64,000 bases of DNA, taken from assembly GCA_050084985.1 (NCBI GenBank), contig JBITNC010000002.1, forward strand, positions 6,014,001 to 6,078,000. Reading direction: 5' to 3'. The position numbers were made by a program, and so were the translations under genes. Under the pieces are notes generated by a model that was given only the letters and a program-made list of their open reading frames with translations, made no database searches and was not told the origin of the DNA. Numbering within the stretch: the first letter of the stretch is position 1; every line of letters starts with the position of its first letter. Shown piece by piece: positions 1 to 13,600 of this stretch. This DNA comes from Nageia nagi (Eukaryota > Plantae > Pinophyta).

Positions 1-2264
1 AATTATGCAAAAATATAAAGTAAAGTATTAAAAATACATCATCCACAAGAACTTGAAATATAAGAGTCCAATGGGTTTTGTACTAACCCCTAAAGGACAT
101 TTTTACATTTTGCATACTTACTCAAGTTCATAAATTCATTCAACACTTTAATGAATTTAAAAAGGCTAAGTCCTACTTAGCATTAATCCATTCATTAATT
201 TAAAAAAAAAAAATTGCATAAGTTCTATACTTAGCATGAATTCATTTTTAAATGTTCTAAGTCCTACTCATGACTAGTAAAAAGAAATGCCATAAATCAC
301 TTAGCAAAGAATGCCTAGAGTTTATTCATAACTTAACATTTAATGAATAAGTCCATTCATACTTGACATAAATCATGAATTCATAGACAATGTTTAAGTC
401 CTACTTTAGCATTAGTTTAAGCATTTAGAGAATTAAAAAATGCATAAGTTAAGCATTAACAAACTTGACATTTAATGACTTAAAAAAAGGCACTAAATTC
501 TCCCCCTTCTTTCTTAAAAAAGGCACTATAAGCATTTAATTTGAACTTAAAGAAAGAAAATTTTAGAAATACTTGATCATGTAACTCCAAAAAAATTTTC
601 CTCTTTTAGGTAAGAAAAATATCATGCTCATAAAACTTATGGAGAAAAGAGACTTTAATTTTTGGACAACCACATCTTGCAAGAGGTAAGGTGTTTACCT
701 ATCAAAACGTTATGAGGATTGACTATCATGCTCAACAAAATTAAATTAGCCTCCTTTTTGGAAAAAAAAAACTTCTACCCAACAAGGTTTGACTTCAAAT
801 AATTAATGCTTCTTACCAAAAAATTAAAGCATTAGAGAGACTTTGCAAAGAATACAAAAAAAATTTTCAACTCAAAAATTAATGCATTGTCTCTCATCCA
901 ACAAGAAGTTGTTGAAAAGTTTGTTGTTTTTTTTTTGTTTTTAATGAAGAGAGGTAAAAAAAATGTTGATAGACATGTAAAAAAAAGGAAAAAAAAAGGG
1001 CCGCTGCTAAGGGCACAGTCGACGAGGGAGCAATGTGAGTCCCCCTTATTCAGGCGAGCACAATGGATAAACAAGTAACACGAAGGGCAGCATAAGTGCG
1101 AGTGGAAGGAGAGGGAAGCACGTAAAGGAGTGCACCTCCGCAGGGGAATGGAGTCCAATTGTTCGTGGCCCCTAAGTGGCTGTTCTCGCATCACAACCAT
1201 GGCAGTAAGACCTTGCCACTTTCCCACATAGAGAGAATAGCTTCAGATGGAGTCCAAGGTAAAAAAGGACAGCCATGGAGCAACCACGAGAAGCTAGGGG
1301 CAGAGCAATCAATGAGATGTTGGGGGCGGATTAGTCACTTGGAGCTAGGGATTGAGCAATTGCTTGGAGCTGAAGGGCGGAGGAGAGGTCACAGCGAGGA
1401 GAAACCCTGTGAGGGCTTGGACAGGCCACAAGGGTTGAGCTAACAAAAAATGCAGAAAGGGACTAGGATTGTACGAGTTGCTCAGCCGCATGAGGAGAGA
1501 GGCTGTGAAGGAGAGGCGCAGGAGAGGAGCAGAGGCCAGGCGATAAGGAGTTGTGCAAAGGTCGTAGTGTCAGCTGGCTGTGATGGCAGAGAAGCGGTAG
1601 GCTGTGGGTTTCGGTGGTCGACTGGGCAGTAGATAGGAGACGACCCAGGCTCTTTCATCAAAATCTGCTATATCGAACCCCTCCCTTATGGGATTTTTCA
1701 TATTACATATAGCCAACGATTTTCTTGATTTATCTCAATTAATCCAATAGATTAGGGATTAGACAACCCCTTGTTATCATTAAATTAATTTCCTTCCCAT
1801 ATGAATATAGTACAAGGAATATTTTGCCTCTTTTAGTATTAAAATTATAAATGCAACCTTTTATTTAACATTTCTCAAATAACTCCCTTTTTGTTAGTAA
1901 AAAAAATTTTGCATGTAGATTTGAAGAAGAAATTTTTTTACTTAAACTTTGATATAGTAAAACCTAAAAAAAAAAAGGTATATGCCAAATTATAACAATA
2001 TAATAGGCATTTTAACAAGTTGCAACTAACAATAAGACATGTTAGTATAAAAAATGCAACTAAATATATTGTTATTTTGAGCAAATTTATCATAAACAAG
2101 GATTATCATAACACAAAATATGTTAGTAATCCAAGATAAAGTGGAGTAAGATTATACTTTGAATAACTTTTACCTCACAATGGAGTGAAAGATGGAGAAT
2201 GAGGACCTTCAAGTTGAAGATGAAAAGCCTCAACACCAAGGATGTAGAGAGGAGCCTCCAAGGT

Positions 2265-2276
2265 GCTCTGATACCA
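2265..2276 (-). other. Primer-binding site, tRNA-iMet
   Basis: gctctgatacca on + = TGGTATCAGAGC on -, adjacent to the LTR. Confidence 0.9.
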
Positions 2277-2278
2277 AT

Positions 2279-2768
2279 TGAAGGAAATTAGATCTACACT
2301 AATCCTCAAGGTCCAAGACTATAGGAAACTTAATTATTCAACATCTACAAGCTAATAACACCATTCACACAAGATAACACCAATATAAGTGGTTCCTCCC
2401 TTATTGGGAGTACATCCACAACTAGATCTCAATTATCAAACTATGCACCCTCTTACTACAATTCCTTTCTCTCCTACACAAACTAGTAGAGTAATCTTAC
2501 TCAAAATCTAAGTGATATTACAAGAGGAGAGGCCCTCTATTTATAGCATGAGAGCACCTTCCTAACCTCCCTTTAACCCAAGGGTAAGGTTAGGGTTACA
2601 ATAAATATATTACCTAACTTTAACATACCAACTAACGACATGGTAAGGTCAAAGCTTACATAATAAAGAATTCAATTAATCCCTTAAGGTATCTAAATAT
2701 CCTTTAAGTGATTAATTGAATTTACAAGGAGTTTAGATATTCACAATATTTCATTACAAATTCTAACA
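2279..2768 (-). repeat. 5' LTR (~490 bp) of copia element
   Basis: Termini TG(aagg)..(ttctaa)CA; TATA (ctataaatag on -) near 2537-2546; similar to LTRs at 39087 and 47135. Confidence 0.8.
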
Positions 2769-4349
2769 CAATAAACCCTAATTGGTCACCATTCCTAAAA
2801 ATCCTACCAAAACAAGTCACCCCACAATCCTTCACAAGAAACCCTAGTAGAGGCATTTTCAATATGCTATGAGTCTTTACTAGTCAACAAGGGCCTCATT
2901 ATTTTGCTCTAATGATCATATCTTATTTATTGATTTGGAATATATATAGTAAATTTTATTGACTACAACACATCCAAATCAACAAGTAAAGATTAAGAAC
3001 ATAAACTCTTTACACCTTAAAAACTTTTAAGACTCTAATACCACTTGTAGATGGTTGTTTTATAAAAATAATACCTCTTATTTACACCATCATGAATAAT
3101 ATATCAAAGAGAACTCAATACACAAACATTCAAAATATTTAACAAAATATAAAACATTAACAACTTTTCATCAAAATAAAAAGAAAAATAATCTCCACAC
3201 AAAAAACTATCCTATCCATATAAGAATATTAGTTTCGAAAAGAAACTTGCGATTGCAAAATTAAGAAATAATTCATACAAATTACATTTAATGAATTTGG
3301 TAGATGGACAATATCTAAAACACATTGGAATAAAAGAACTTGTAAGCTTTGTAACCTAAATGCCATAAAAGATGAGACTAGTTTGTTCCTTCTTTGTTTG
3401 CTTTACAAAGGCATAAGACAATTTATAAAGATATTTGTAATTATAGCTTGATTCATGAATTTTATTATACAACTTAATTTTGTTAAAAATAAGCATTCAA
3501 ATCTGTAAATGATTTACATTTATATGTGGATAAACTTTGGTAGATCTTACAAACCATTGAATTTAAAAGAACATTAAAAGACTTATTTTATTTTACATAA
3601 ACTACAATGGTATTATATTATGGAAGTCCAAAATGACTCTTGATCTTTTCTTCAATTACATTTGATACCTAACTATTAGAAGTAATAGAATACATGACAC
3701 ATAAAATATCTTTCCTTCAATTACATTTACCATCTAACTATCAAAAGAAATAAAATACATGATTCACATGACACCAAACACCTATAATTAATATTTATAA
3801 TTAATTTCAAGAATTTTTCTCCTATGAAAATGATCATAATTAATTTCCTTTCTTAACTTAAGCTTTATCTCATACTTTACCATAACTTCCCCATATGTTA
3901 GATTACAATAATTATATAACTTCTCCATATGTTAGATTACAATAAGTATAAATAAATCACTCCTCAAAATCACCCACGCACCCTCTACACCAAACTCCAA
4001 ACCACAATTCGCTAAGAATTCCACATTTATAAAATCACCATAAGTCAGCGAACTCCAAAATTACCTCGATTTCGACGGCCAAACATTTTACCCCTCCAAA
4101 ATACCAAATCAAACCCCAAATTTACAAGCAAATTTAATTCTTATCTCAGCCGGATGAGGGGCCGGTTAAAGAGGGATTGGTAAAGACCAGCAGCTCGGAA
4201 TGGGAATGTGATGGAGACGCACCTGTATATGAATCCAGCAGATTTTCCAGGCTACGACATTCATCTGGAGCTGTAGGAGATCTCGCCAGAAAGTTGCTGA
4301 CAGGTGGTCGATCGGCTGAGCCGCTGAAATTGAGCTTTTCCCACCTCAC

Positions 4350-4648
4350 ATGTCCACTGCACTTGAAGCTGCGGGACGGCCAATCGGTAGTTGCGCCGGT
4401 GGTGACAGAGGGAACGGAATTAACAACAATTCTGTTAGTAAGAATTCCGAGAGTAATTGTGTCTCGGCCACTTCTACGGTAGGTGGGGGGATCGAACCCT
4501 ATCTCAAACCATCCCCTTCGTGGGGGGCGGGGGGGGGTTATTAACGAGGATTTGGATGAATTTTTGTAATGTTTTTGTTTTTGTTTTTGTTTTGTAGGTG
4601 GTGTTGGACCCCGCGGCTTTTCTTGAGAATTGGAAGAAGCAAATCCAG
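4350..4648 (+). CDS. Putative exons 1-2 of DUF789 gene (4350-4478, 4598-4648)
   Basis: ATG 4350 MSTALEA..ATST; donor acg/gtaggt; strong T-tract acceptor tttgtag/4598; 51-nt exon VVLDPAAFLENWKKQIQ; donor cag/gtgtga. Confidence 0.55.
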
Positions 4649-7600
4649 GTGTGATTCTAACCCTAAGATTATAGAGTTGAATCTTTTTTATTTGAAAGAA
4701 TACTTTCAGTTGAATTTTATTTTATTTAATTTTTTGAATGTTTTGTGGGTGATAATGTCCAGTGTTGGTTTCTTTTGTTTGTCAGTTTTTAGTTTTGTTT
4801 GTTGATTGTTTGGTTGGGGTTAAGGGAAACTTTTGCGAGATTTCGTTAAGAGGTCGTGTTGCAGTTTCTTCAGTTCTTGATTGGCTGACGTGAAAAAATT
4901 ACAGGGGTTATTTTTTATAACGTGGGCAATTAGGGGGCTCTGATTAGCTGACGTGGTGGAATTAAGAACATAAACTATCTACATTTGACATGGAGGGATT
5001 ATAATAGATGAATTTTGGGGTGGCAGTTTTAGTGGTCCGACGTGGGCAACTGTAGGGTTGTAATTTGCCGAAGAGGATGATCTGTAGGGTTGTAATGTGC
5101 TGACGTGGATGAATTGTAGGATTATAATCTTGTAATGTGGACTAGTTGTAGGGTTATAATGTGCTTGCTTGGATGAATCATTGAATTGTAGGATCAGTGC
5201 ATTTTGGGCGTTAATGTAGGAAAGATTATACTATGCTGGAGTGGATAGGAGTTAGATAAATGTTTTTCAATATGCTGGTGTTGACATTGTGAGAAGAGGT
5301 GTGCTTCAGGACCTTGGGCAGTAAAAGGATATATTATATTATGTTGATGTGGATAAGAGGAGAAAACATTTCAATGTTGTTATGGGTTCTTTGAGGGGCT
5401 TTGGAGAGTAGTAGGATGGATTATACTTCGTTGATGTGAATACAAATAGAGCCATAATATTGATGCGCTATCTACAATGGGCACATTATGGGTGTGTGTC
5501 TTATAGACACTTTGGGCAGAGTTAAATTAAATAATGTTTTGCTAATGTGAATAGGATGGAGCAAATAATTTAAATGTGCTGATGTGAACAAATTGTAGAT
5601 GTGTGTGTTATATGTTAGTTAAAGGAACAAATAGAACATGTTATGTTAGAATTTGACTTCAAATTTGAAAGCTATGGTATTCAAATGAAGTTTGGCTGTG
5701 TTAAATATATTTGGCAAGGAATCAAATATACTAAATATTGGAAAATTTTAAAAACTTTTGGTATTAATTTTGAATTTCTTCAGGTTTAATTCATTTGGTT
5801 TGAAGATATGGCATAATTTGAAATTTTCCTTCCAAATTCTACTTGTATCTTATGGTAGAAGTAACATTAGTTAATGAAAAATGGATAAGGGAATACAGAC
5901 AGTTACTTTATCATGACGTGAGCAGACTGCAAGTAGTATAGGAAATTTTTTGCAGAGATGGGTAAGTAGGTGGTCCATTGGTGGACACATGTTAAGGCCT
6001 CAAGTCTGCAGGCTAGAACCTTGTCCAAGCTAGCTGCAACGATTATATAGTTATGTATATGTGGTGCGTGTTAGTTGTAGGGCATATGTTAAGAAATGCA
6101 GTTTTAGGGTTGCCTAGTCATAGCAATTTACAATTGTATTGTACTGCAAGTAAGAACATTAATGCTCTTGAACACCCTTATTTTACGCAACTTCAGCTAT
6201 TCTCAGTTACAGCCAACACTTTGTGGTGTAGATTTTGTATTTTGGCAGACAGTGTATATACTCTTCTGCATATTGTAGTGCTCATCTATCTGCCAATTGA
6301 CCCGTTGTCTTTATGATAATCAGCTGTGTGTGGATGTTCATAGTATGAGCCTTCCAGTTGTATTATAGTGTGAGAAGATAATCTAAATTACTCATTTTCA
6401 TCAAAATCCTATAAATGTTCCAGATGTGAAAAATGATTTTGCGCATATGAAGTTGTCCTGAATGACACAAAGAAAATACATTAGCATCCTCAAATGACCA
6501 AAGTATTTCAGTCACATTCAAAATCACAGCAATTTATAACAGTCACAAATCTTAGTTTGAGTTGGGATGATAAAATTTGGAGGTTCATACCTTGATACTT
6601 GGATGATAAAGTTTGTAGGCATTCTACATTATACTTGGATTAAAAGTATGACCAGAATAGTTATACATGTAGTTTTTGGCTGTTTTGCTTTCAAACTGCT
6701 TCCTTTTTAACATCTTAAGGCAATCAATTTTATTTTATGAAGTGTGAGCATGTAGAAGGATACAAAGGAGCCTTGCTATTCTCAAGCAAGGAAATTGTGC
6801 AGTGATTGAAAATATTTCTAGTTTTTGATTTTGCAATCTTTTCAAACTTTTATAGCTCTCAAATTGTGTTGTGGAAGTTGTGTAGTGAGTTCATAACCAG
6901 CCTGATTAGATACTCAATAACTTATTTTCTAGGCATGCTAAGAAGAATACAAAGTAGCCTTGGTATTCTCAAGCAACACAATAATGTAGTGTTGAAAATA
7001 ATACTAGTTTTGCATTTTGGAATCATTTCAAACTACTATAGCTCTCAAATTGTGCTGTGGAAGTTTTGTAGTGAGTTCATAAACCAGCCTGGTTAGATAC
7101 TTAATAATTTACCTCTTAGGTATACGAGAAGAAGTGTTAAAAATAATTCTAGTTTCACATTTTGCCATCATTTCAAACTTTTATAGCTCTCAAATTGTGC
7201 AGTGGAAGTTGTGTAGTTAGCTCATAAACCAGCCTGACTAAATAACTTACCTGCTAGGCATGCTAAGATTAGATTTCACCTCTTAATTTATATTTAATTT
7301 TAGATAATTTCATTGGACATGCTCCTAAGCAACTATGGAAAACACAATGTGCTGTAATTGTGGGATGATTGTATGTCATATGCAATGAGAATGCTTCCAA
7401 GTTCTTAATATTCAAACAACCTTCTTTTTTGCAATGAAGTGAGCGTTCGTTATGTATCAAGTGGACACTATTAAATTTCAAAATTGTTTTCTATGCGAGT
7501 AGAATGTAACAACCTTTCTTGCTTTAAAATTCTCTTGCACACTAATAGGATTTGTGTGTAGCCTTCTGAATTATGGTATTAGACACTTGAAAAGACTCTT

Positions 7601-10600
7601 TGACTTTGGATTTGAGTTAGGGCAAACAAGGCCAAATGATTATTCACTGAAGTCTTTTGAAGGCTTTCTTGCTTTTTACAAGGTCTTCTGAGTTTGACAA
7701 GTCTGGTGAGTAGACTCGTCACTCAAAAAATCTTCTGAGTCTAATCACTAAAACAATTAAAGAAATTACCAAAATATAGTAAAAATACTCCTTAGACATA
7801 TTTTTGTTTGGAGCTTTTAGTTTTGACTTATGGCATTATTGCTCTTAGTTTTGTATGTCATTGATGCTAACCAATTGAGGATTATAGAAGATTAGTGTTT
7901 TCTTTTGTCAAATTTGCCCAATCCTATGATTGTTTGATTATATTCATGTTAAATAAGAAAAATATCCTTTCATACATGGATACGTATAGATATTGATTTA
8001 GATTCTATCCATATACTATACCTATGAGAAGGAATCTACCTTGTGAATGATAACTTCGATTGAGCCAGATCCACCTTTGCATTTAATGATATACACACCC
8101 AGAGTCTGTGTTGAGTTTTCTGACAGAGTCTGAGACAAGTCCAGTGTCAATGATATGTTTCCAATAGATACTCCTCACAAATAATTTTTTCTGAATTTGG
8201 GTTAGATATATTTTCACAACTCCTTATCTCACTGCATAGTGACAAACATAATAACGGAAAAGAGGTCCCTACATTTGCAATAAGAATTGAGAGGTTCAGT
8301 ATACAAGCATCAGGTTGTATTAGCTAAGAAAACTTGTATGTTACTTTCAAGTGCTGTACTTCTTGGTACAAAATCTTAAAAAATATGTTCTAATCATAGA
8401 CCAAGAGTTGACACATTAGATGAAGAAACATCTACTACATGACATGTATTTAAGGGCATATATTTTCACAACTCGTTATCCCACTGCATAGTGACAATTT
8501 GACAAACATCATAACGGAAAAGAGGCTCCTACATTTGCAATAAGAATTTTATATTGTATCTCTATATTTCTGAAAAAGAATTGAGAGGTTCAGTATACAA
8601 GCATGAGGTCGTATTAGCTAAGAAAACTTGTGTGTTACTATCAAGCACTGTACTTCTTGGTACAAAACCTTAAAAGTTATTTTATAATCATAGACAAAGA
8701 GTTGACACATTAGAGGGAAGAAACTTCCAATACATGACAAGTATTTAAGGGCATGCCTCAATCAAACCCTTATAAAAGTGGAAATGGTTATGAAGTAGAG
8801 AATATGTGTGAATTTCTATTGAAAAACTAAAATTTCCTTATCTATCTCTTAACTGTAACTACTGTTTATCTGTAGCTACTGTTTACTTTGGGCTTGGTTT
8901 ACCGTTTTATTATTTGTAAATGGAAAAAAAAGATAGAAACTAAGCTATTTCTTACAATTTAAACAGGAATACACTAAACACTTAGTCATTACGGAATGTT
9001 TGAATCCTAAATCTTGCTCAAAGAGGGAGCCACAGGGCATACATCAATTATAGTATAAGAGAAGTGGAAATTTTAAGAAAACTGATACTTTCTTGTTAGT
9101 TCCTTATCTATCTCTGAACTTTAACTAGTTTTTATCTATAACCACTGTTTACTTTGGGCTTGTGTTATTCTTAACTGTTTGTAAATGATAAAAAAGATAC
9201 AGATTAAACTATTTATTACATTTTTGACAGGAATAAACTAAAAGTTTAATCATTAGAGAAAGAAAGAAAGAAAGAAAGAAAATATATTAATGTATAAAAG
9301 TGACTAAAATATCTGGTGATAATAGAAAAGTGCTAAGGTTTAAGAATCTGTTGTGACTAAAACACAACATGCCCCAAAATCTTGCTATTTTGGGGACCCT
9401 CAACGTGTCATGTATATACTTCGTTTTGTCGTCGTTTTATCCCACCCAAGTTGGGCCTTAAAGACAAGGATTCGTGGACAATTCCTCTTTGGTTCAAGCC
9501 TCATTCTTCGCCTAGGGTAAGTCATACCATATTACCAAGTTAGAAATTTTGAAATTCCCAAAAAATGACTAAGTTTGGAAAGTGTAAAGTCGACCTTAGG
9601 TGAACCAGGGAGTCCAAGAAGAGTTGGAGCACGACGAACTCGAACTGGGCGTCTTCAAGGGCTGGCACATGATTCAAAAACACAGAATCTTGTCTTTTGA
9701 AATCATGGGATTGGGCTTGGAGGTCATCAAAATTGGAAGAGAGACTCAAAAACGCAATCTGGGGCACTTGCAAGCCTAGCGCATGCCTCCAGGAGACAAA
9801 ATCTTGTCTTTCCTGGGCATGCACCAAGCACAGGAAGCAGATTGGAATGAAATGGAGCATGGAAAGTCTAAGGCAAGGGCATAACAAGGCTGGCGCATGG
9901 TTTCAAAAGACAAAATCTTCTTTTTTTGAACCATGCGACTTGGCCAGGAGGAGGAATTGATCAAGTTCAGAGTCAGGAAGTGAACCTAAGGCACTCAGAA
10001 GGTTGGCGCATGCCTCAGAAAGACAAAATCTTGTCTTTTTGAACCATGCGCCATGCCTGGAAGGGCTTCCAGTTCGAGCAACAGGGAAAAATTCTTCCAG
10101 GAACCTCAAGATTAGCTCAAGCACACTCAAGGGGGTTGGCGCATGATCTCAAAAGACAAATTCTTGACTTTTTGAGGCATGCACCAAGCCTAGGAAGCTT
10201 CCAGGAGTGAGCAAGGATGAAAATTTGGCAAAGACACGAGCAATTAAGCATGAAAAGACGAAAATTTGGCCATCTGGAGGTTGATGCATGGTTCAAAAAG
10301 ACACAATTTTGTCTTTTTTTTTGCCATGTGACCAAGCTGGATGGGCAAGAGAGGCTGGCGCATTCCTCAAAAAGTAAAAAAATGACTTTTGGAATCATGC
10401 GCCAGGTTTGAGGAGAGCCCAGTTTGAGGGGAAATGTCGAATTTGGCAAGGTTGGGCCCAGAAAGGCCAAAAACCAAGAAAAATCAGGTTAATGGGTGAG
10501 TTTCATGATTAAGGCAACCAAGCAACAGAGCAAGAGAACACTACCATTTGGGAGGCTGATGAGGTAGTGGCAGAGGTCAGACACCTTCTTCACAACATGA

Positions 10601-13600
10601 TGATGACAAAAGACGTCAACTCCTACCAGTTAGGGAGTCATTTGAGGTATATGTTGCGAGCTCATGCGTGGAAGGTTGAGATGCAGAAGCTGGTGGATGA
10701 GGTCGAGGACAATGTTGCTATTAGCAGTCTGAAGTTCTCGGAGATGTTGTGTGGGGTGGAGCTTACGACGAGATTCTTAGCTTACGATTTCGATGATTGA
10801 GTTGCGTGCTTGGGCCCACCATTGGCCTAATTGTTATTTTGGATTAGTTTAGTTTATTTTCATAAAAGTTTTTATTTTCCAGCTAGACATTTTTAATAAT
10901 ATTTAATTCCCAAACTCGTGAAGGATGAGGATTTGCTCCCACAAGTTTGGAAGAAACTTTGTAACGCCATGTGGCATATTTTTGTTGGACCATAATTTAT
11001 TTTTTGAAAATTGCGATTAGGGTTAGGGCAACACCTAGGGTTGCCAAGAAAACTATATATTCCCCATTTTGATTCATTTGTAAGGGGATTAGACATTTTG
11101 CAAATGGGGCGTTTCCTATTTTGTAATTGTGATATAATTTCAAGTAATTGAAGTGAGGATATTTTCATTTGGAATTATGGATGTGAATGTGTTTCATCTT
11201 TATGCTATCTTGAGTGTTTGGAACATTTTGTAAATCTTGCTAAGGTGGGCAAAAGAGTGCTCGAAAATCTTTTGAAATATCTCAAGTAGTGTATAGTTGC
11301 GATGTTTCATAGTTTGCACATTGGACTAGTATGTTATAAGATGACTTGTATATGTTGTTTAATATAGGAACTTCACTCCCTGTTTGAGTTTTACCCACGT
11401 CATATCCCTCTTTTCCATTGCCTTAGTGCCAAGCTCCCCTTGTTAGGACACTCGTGTTGTTGCCTTCCAAGTCGGATTCAGAGTGCGTGGAACCTAAGCA
11501 AAACCCGTGCGAGTCCAAAATCCTAGAAATCCATACTAGTCGGTAAGAATATTGCCCCTTGATTTGAATTCATATATCATCGTCTTCTCACAACCTCTTT
11601 TCTTTATTTTTTAATTTTCTTTTGTGTGGCTTTCATAACGAATCTTTTCCTTTTTCCCCCTTTTTTGAGAAACAACTATTTTTGGATCAGGGACCCTTCG
11701 AGTCCTTGGTTAACAAATGTTATTTGAGTTGGTAACAACTTTAAGCATCTCCACCAAATCACCTGAGTGATCCCTTGCACCCTTCACTTTCAAACCTTTG
11801 GGGTAAATAGTCCTCATAGCGGGTAGGGGTCACGCCCTACCACTCAGGTGTTGGAGTCTTTTCACATGCTTGTAATAACATTTGCCAATTAGCAAGGGTA
11901 GGAAAGAAAAAGCCCCCAACAGAACCCTAGGGATTAACACTACAAAACTGGCGGTTTGAAAGGGCCAATGATTGGTTTGATTACATCCAGAGAAGACTTT
12001 CAAGGTTAGAAGGGCTAGGCTTGGCCTCCCTAGAGTCCCTCCTGACATCCAAGGCTGATAGATCTCTTGTAGTAGGAAGGAAGTTTGTGATGCTCGCCTA
12101 TCTCGCTAACTTGAGGTGTGGGCAAGAGGAACAAGATGATGGTCCATGATGCCAAGCAGAGGCAGATTGGTGGCATGTGGAGTGAAGATGAGAGTATTGG
12201 GGTACGTTAGTAACAATGTGCAAATGTAGGTACCATTGCATAGAGTCATAGACCTATCATTGCTAGTCCATGGATTGGTGCTGTTTTGAGTCCTAAATCT
12301 AACTCAAAGAGGGATCCAGTGTGCAACCATTTCTCTAGTTTTGTATGTTTGTACAGTGATCACATCATCCAAAAGTTGCTTGATAGTCAACAATGTAGAA
12401 AACCAATTTCACCCCATTGATGCCTTTTGTTATCATAAACGTTATCATGCAAAAAGTTAATTATTCTTGGAATTATAATAGCATGACGGAATGAAAAAGG
12501 ATGAGCTTTATTGTCTAAATAGAAAGACTGTAAGGCAAGAGATGAAGCATTATGACAATAGAATCTAATCAGGTGAGTGAACACTAATGAGTATGTACTA
12601 AATGTGTTTGAAAGATAAATATATCAAGCTAGTATGGTAACTAGAAATTATCATGCTTTTGAAAGAACCACTAGCAAAAGCTGGCTTTAAAAAGGCTGAA
12701 AAAAGTTTTTCCAAATGCAAGACTTTAGTTCTTAGAATTAGATTGTTTTTGTGTATACTATTTCGTTTCCTTCTAAGATGATATTGTCGTGAAGATTATC
12801 ATTCATATTAATTTTAATATGTTCTCTATTGGGTTTTCTATTGTCTATCATGATGATGATTTGTATACTGTTGTTTAAATCTAAGGTGACATTGTTATGA
12901 GGATTATTACAGATATTGATTTTAATATGTTCTCTATTATGTTTGCTGTTGCCTCCCATGACGATGATTTGTGTATTTACACCTTCCACTTGAATGTTGC
13001 AGGGAAAACATAATATTCCAGTTCACCAGCAACGCCTTACTTTTGCTTCCAATCATTATCCATATCCAGGGATTAACTTATTCAGTTGGAGTTGTGCCAC
13101 CCAAGAGCAGAGTGAAAACGGACCTGCTTCCAGAGACTTGGTCACCTGTTTGCAGTCCTGGCAGGCTATTCTACGATCAGAGAAATGCAATATTGCTAAG
13201 CTTCTGAACCCTGAGGTTATTTTTTTTACCGTAATCATTTATGTTTTTTGTTATGTTGTACTACTATTTTTAAGAGCTAGCCTAAATAAGTCTGTCAATC
13301 TTTTTATGGAAGACAGTTTAATTTTTCTTATATATGGCCATTTGTCTTGGGCTTTTTAGTTTATAATGTCAATAGGCGCCTTCAACAGTCAAAACCTGTG
13401 TCTTATGTTTTTTATTTAATCTGTTTCTAAAGTTTGTAACTGGCTGATTAGTTTTTTTTAAAACAAAATGAATCCAATTACTGTCCTTTTTGTGTCATGT
13501 TTAGCATTCGCTCAAGTTCCTTAACACGTGTATGTGTGTTACATATATACGAAAAGCGCAAAATGTCTTCAGTAATAACTTTAACAAATAAAGTTCCTTT

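Larger units (their letters stand above)
1..2768 (-). mobile_element. 5' part (5' LTR, PBS, long non-coding leader) of a Ty1/copia LTR retrotransposon extending beyond the left edge; related to the element at 39087-47633
   Basis: PBS TGGTATCAGAGC (tRNA-iMet) on - strand at 2265-2276, 2 nt from an LTR end. Shared LTR motifs (aagtggttcct..ggagtacatccac..actagatc; ctatttatag) and leader motifs (ttttacctcac..atgg; aacataag..gttagtata; GC-rich block) with 45900-47633. Confidence 0.8.

Noticed and set aside
832-1632. Short ORFs in the GC-rich block (also 45963-46364)
   Set aside because: Lie in copia leader regions, low complexity, not conserved as protein between the two related elements.
4177-4482. 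101-aa ORF as first coding exon
   Set aside because: Non-ATG start, and its frame is incompatible with the 4479 donor and exon 2; the ATG at 4350 fits.
9663-10403. CRISPR array
   Set aside because: Eukaryotic intron context, no cas genes, degenerate repeats and irregular 25-95 bp spacers; treated as LTR-internal palindromes.
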